In this document: one piece after another, positions 62,090-64,000 of the stretch
Numbering within the stretch: position 1 is the stretch's first letter
How the letters are laid out: each line of letters opens with the position of its first letter
NCBI GenBank assembly: GCA_002633005.1
Contig: NMRA01000006.1
Coordinates: 2,193,818 to 2,257,817 of the forward strand
DNA: 64,000 nucleotides
Direction of reading: 5' to 3'
Source: Phoronis australis
Taxonomy: Eukaryota; Animalia; Phoronida
Program-made: the position numbers and the translations under genes
Notes under the pieces: generated by a model
Seen by the model: only the letters and a program-made list of their open reading frames with translations
The model's database searches: none
What the model was told of the DNA's origin: nothing

Positions 62090-63406
62090 CCAAGTTAAAC
62101 AAACTGTGGACAGTGTACTGGTCAAAGAAACCCAAAAAGACGGTGATCTATGCTGAATTGAGCTCTCGTTCATGGCGTCGTGTAGCGTGTAGTAACTGGC
62201 GGTGCATACTGCTGTAGCCCGCTGCGTTGCTTTATCGCCATCTTTACGAGACATTCAATCGCTATGGTGATGCAGGCGATGGTGAAGCTGCGTGTTCCTC
62301 GACCTACAGGGAGTTCGTTGTGCTTGGAGAGCACAAGTGAATGACACCCATTCCTCTTAAACTGATATGTAATAACAAACTGATCTTATGTAAAACTGTT
62401 ATGAATCAGGTACCGAAATATATCAGTTCTTATGAAAACTATAGTGGTGTTTAACTGTGATACATATGGCGCCCAACGTGTTATATAGCGGCATCCCATT
62501 GAACTGTTGCCAGATGACACTACTGTTTGTGTTAGACAAACATGTAGTGTCCTCTGCAAATCAGCTCATTTAAGTATGGATGGGGGTTTAAAGCCTATCA
62601 GGAATGGATTTTTGTTATTTTACATGTATTTTGCTAACCAGTTAGTCCAAGCAAAGCCTTAGCACAATAAGAAAATGAGTTCAATCACTAAAATGTAGGC
62701 CCGTCAAATGAAACTTGAAATTGCCCTTTTGTGCCACATTGCATCACCACGAAAACCCAGCACAAACGACAAAAGGCCGATAACAGTTCATTGAATAGGA
62801 GTCTGAATAGAATACCACTGTGTGCAGGTGTTGTTCGCAGCTGTTTGAATTAAGGGTGATTCTCACGCTGACAAGACAAAAGCTAGCCAATAAGCCTAAC
62901 AGTTCATTACATTTGGCAGTTGATGGCACTGGTGGGCTTAACGCGATGCTCTTATACTGTAGGAACCAAATTTACAAGTGTTAGCATTCAAGATAGGCTT
63001 TAAAGTAACAGAACTTTTCAGTATAAATGTGCCTTTCATAAAAATAACTTTTATTTTGCTTACTGTTATGGTCGACTTTGTCCTTGCTCAAACTACAAGT
63101 GATTTACATCTTTTGGTACTTTATTATTACTGAAGACCAGACTAATATGTTGGTTTGTCACAGCGGACCAATTTTCACACTGAATCTGGTCATTCCGACA
63201 GTTCTCTGAATCGGAAATCCAAAGAAGCAAATTGAGGAACAGTTTCATGATGGCAAGAGATTCGAGTTGCACTTCTTGACAAAAGGCAGTCTTACAACAA
63301 CTTTAAAATTATAATGGTCATTTTGCTGGCAAACTACATCTGTTAAGCAGTAAGACGTGGTGCTTAAGTCCAACACTGCATAAGTCCAACACTCAAAATA
63401 CCTTTG

Positions 63407-63412
63407 AATAAA
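63407..63412 (+). terminator. Candidate polyadenylation signal for C12orf4
   Basis: AATAAA ~1.3 kb after the stop codon; not independently supported. Confidence 0.3.
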
Positions 63413-64000
63413 AGAAGTTACATTTAGTCGACAGTTCAGCAGTCTTTGAACAAAAATTGAAATGGTATCAAGCAGGTCACTTTTGTGCTCTCAACACACA
63501 AGAAAATTCTTTGTGGATATTTGGTTTTCTGAATGTGCAATGACACAGAAACTACACGCAATCACAGGTCCTTATTATTGATTATCATGTTAATGATGTT
63601 CTTTCCAAGAAAGGAGTGCTGTTTGTCCCTATCACTTAAGTGTCTGTGAACTAGAGTACCAGCCAAAATATTTCGACAAAATGACATGGCATTCCCAGTC
63701 ATGACGACACGCAGAAGACAAATTCATAGTCTGTGTAGACTTCCCTCATGTCCGAGAACAAACAAGAATGTCAGTAAGGTGGGTAAACCTTTCAGCAACT
63801 AGAATTTCGCTGCCCTTATAGTTATTACTGGCCAATTTTGCAATTAACTGGTTGTCATGACGATGCCTAATTACTTTTGTCTTGCACTGTAAGTTATGCA
63901 ACCACAGCCCACGTGTCAATTATCCTCAGAGGAGTCAATTTGTTGTTGGAATGCGACATGCAAAGGAGAGCAGACAATGGCACCTGCAGTAAACCAGACT

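Overview
AT-rich, intron-containing animal genomic DNA. It looks like a heterozygous marine-invertebrate draft assembly, with one N-gap and several single-N contig joins. Two complete spliced genes lie head-to-head at a ~250-bp bidirectional promoter near 45.2-45.5 kb. (1) Minus strand: an NR1-subfamily (Rev-erb/E75/E78/ROR-related) nuclear receptor of about 857 aa, with coding exons from 45198 down to 15756 and an 18-kb first intron. (2) Plus strand: a C12orf4/FERRY3 orthologue of about 538 aa in 12 coding exons (47445-62089). The probable first coding exon of a third, J-domain-like gene (minus strand, 8500-8560) points out of the left edge. The most striking feature is that the receptor exon encoding the recognition-helix end and second zinc finger is tandemly duplicated as two 151-nt exons only 65 nt apart. 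They are old and conserved at protein level, cannot be co-spliced in frame, and differ in the D-box (CYFNKNC vs CNANKNC), so they appear to be a mutually exclusive DNA-binding-domain switch. A candidate RNA duplex flanks the second copy. Introns also carry a tRNA-containing TRIM-like mini LTR element, Helentron/HINE-like elements with 146-bp arrays of CTCF-like motifs, several MITEs and a SINE. Three tandem duplications at single-N joins are probably assembly artefacts.
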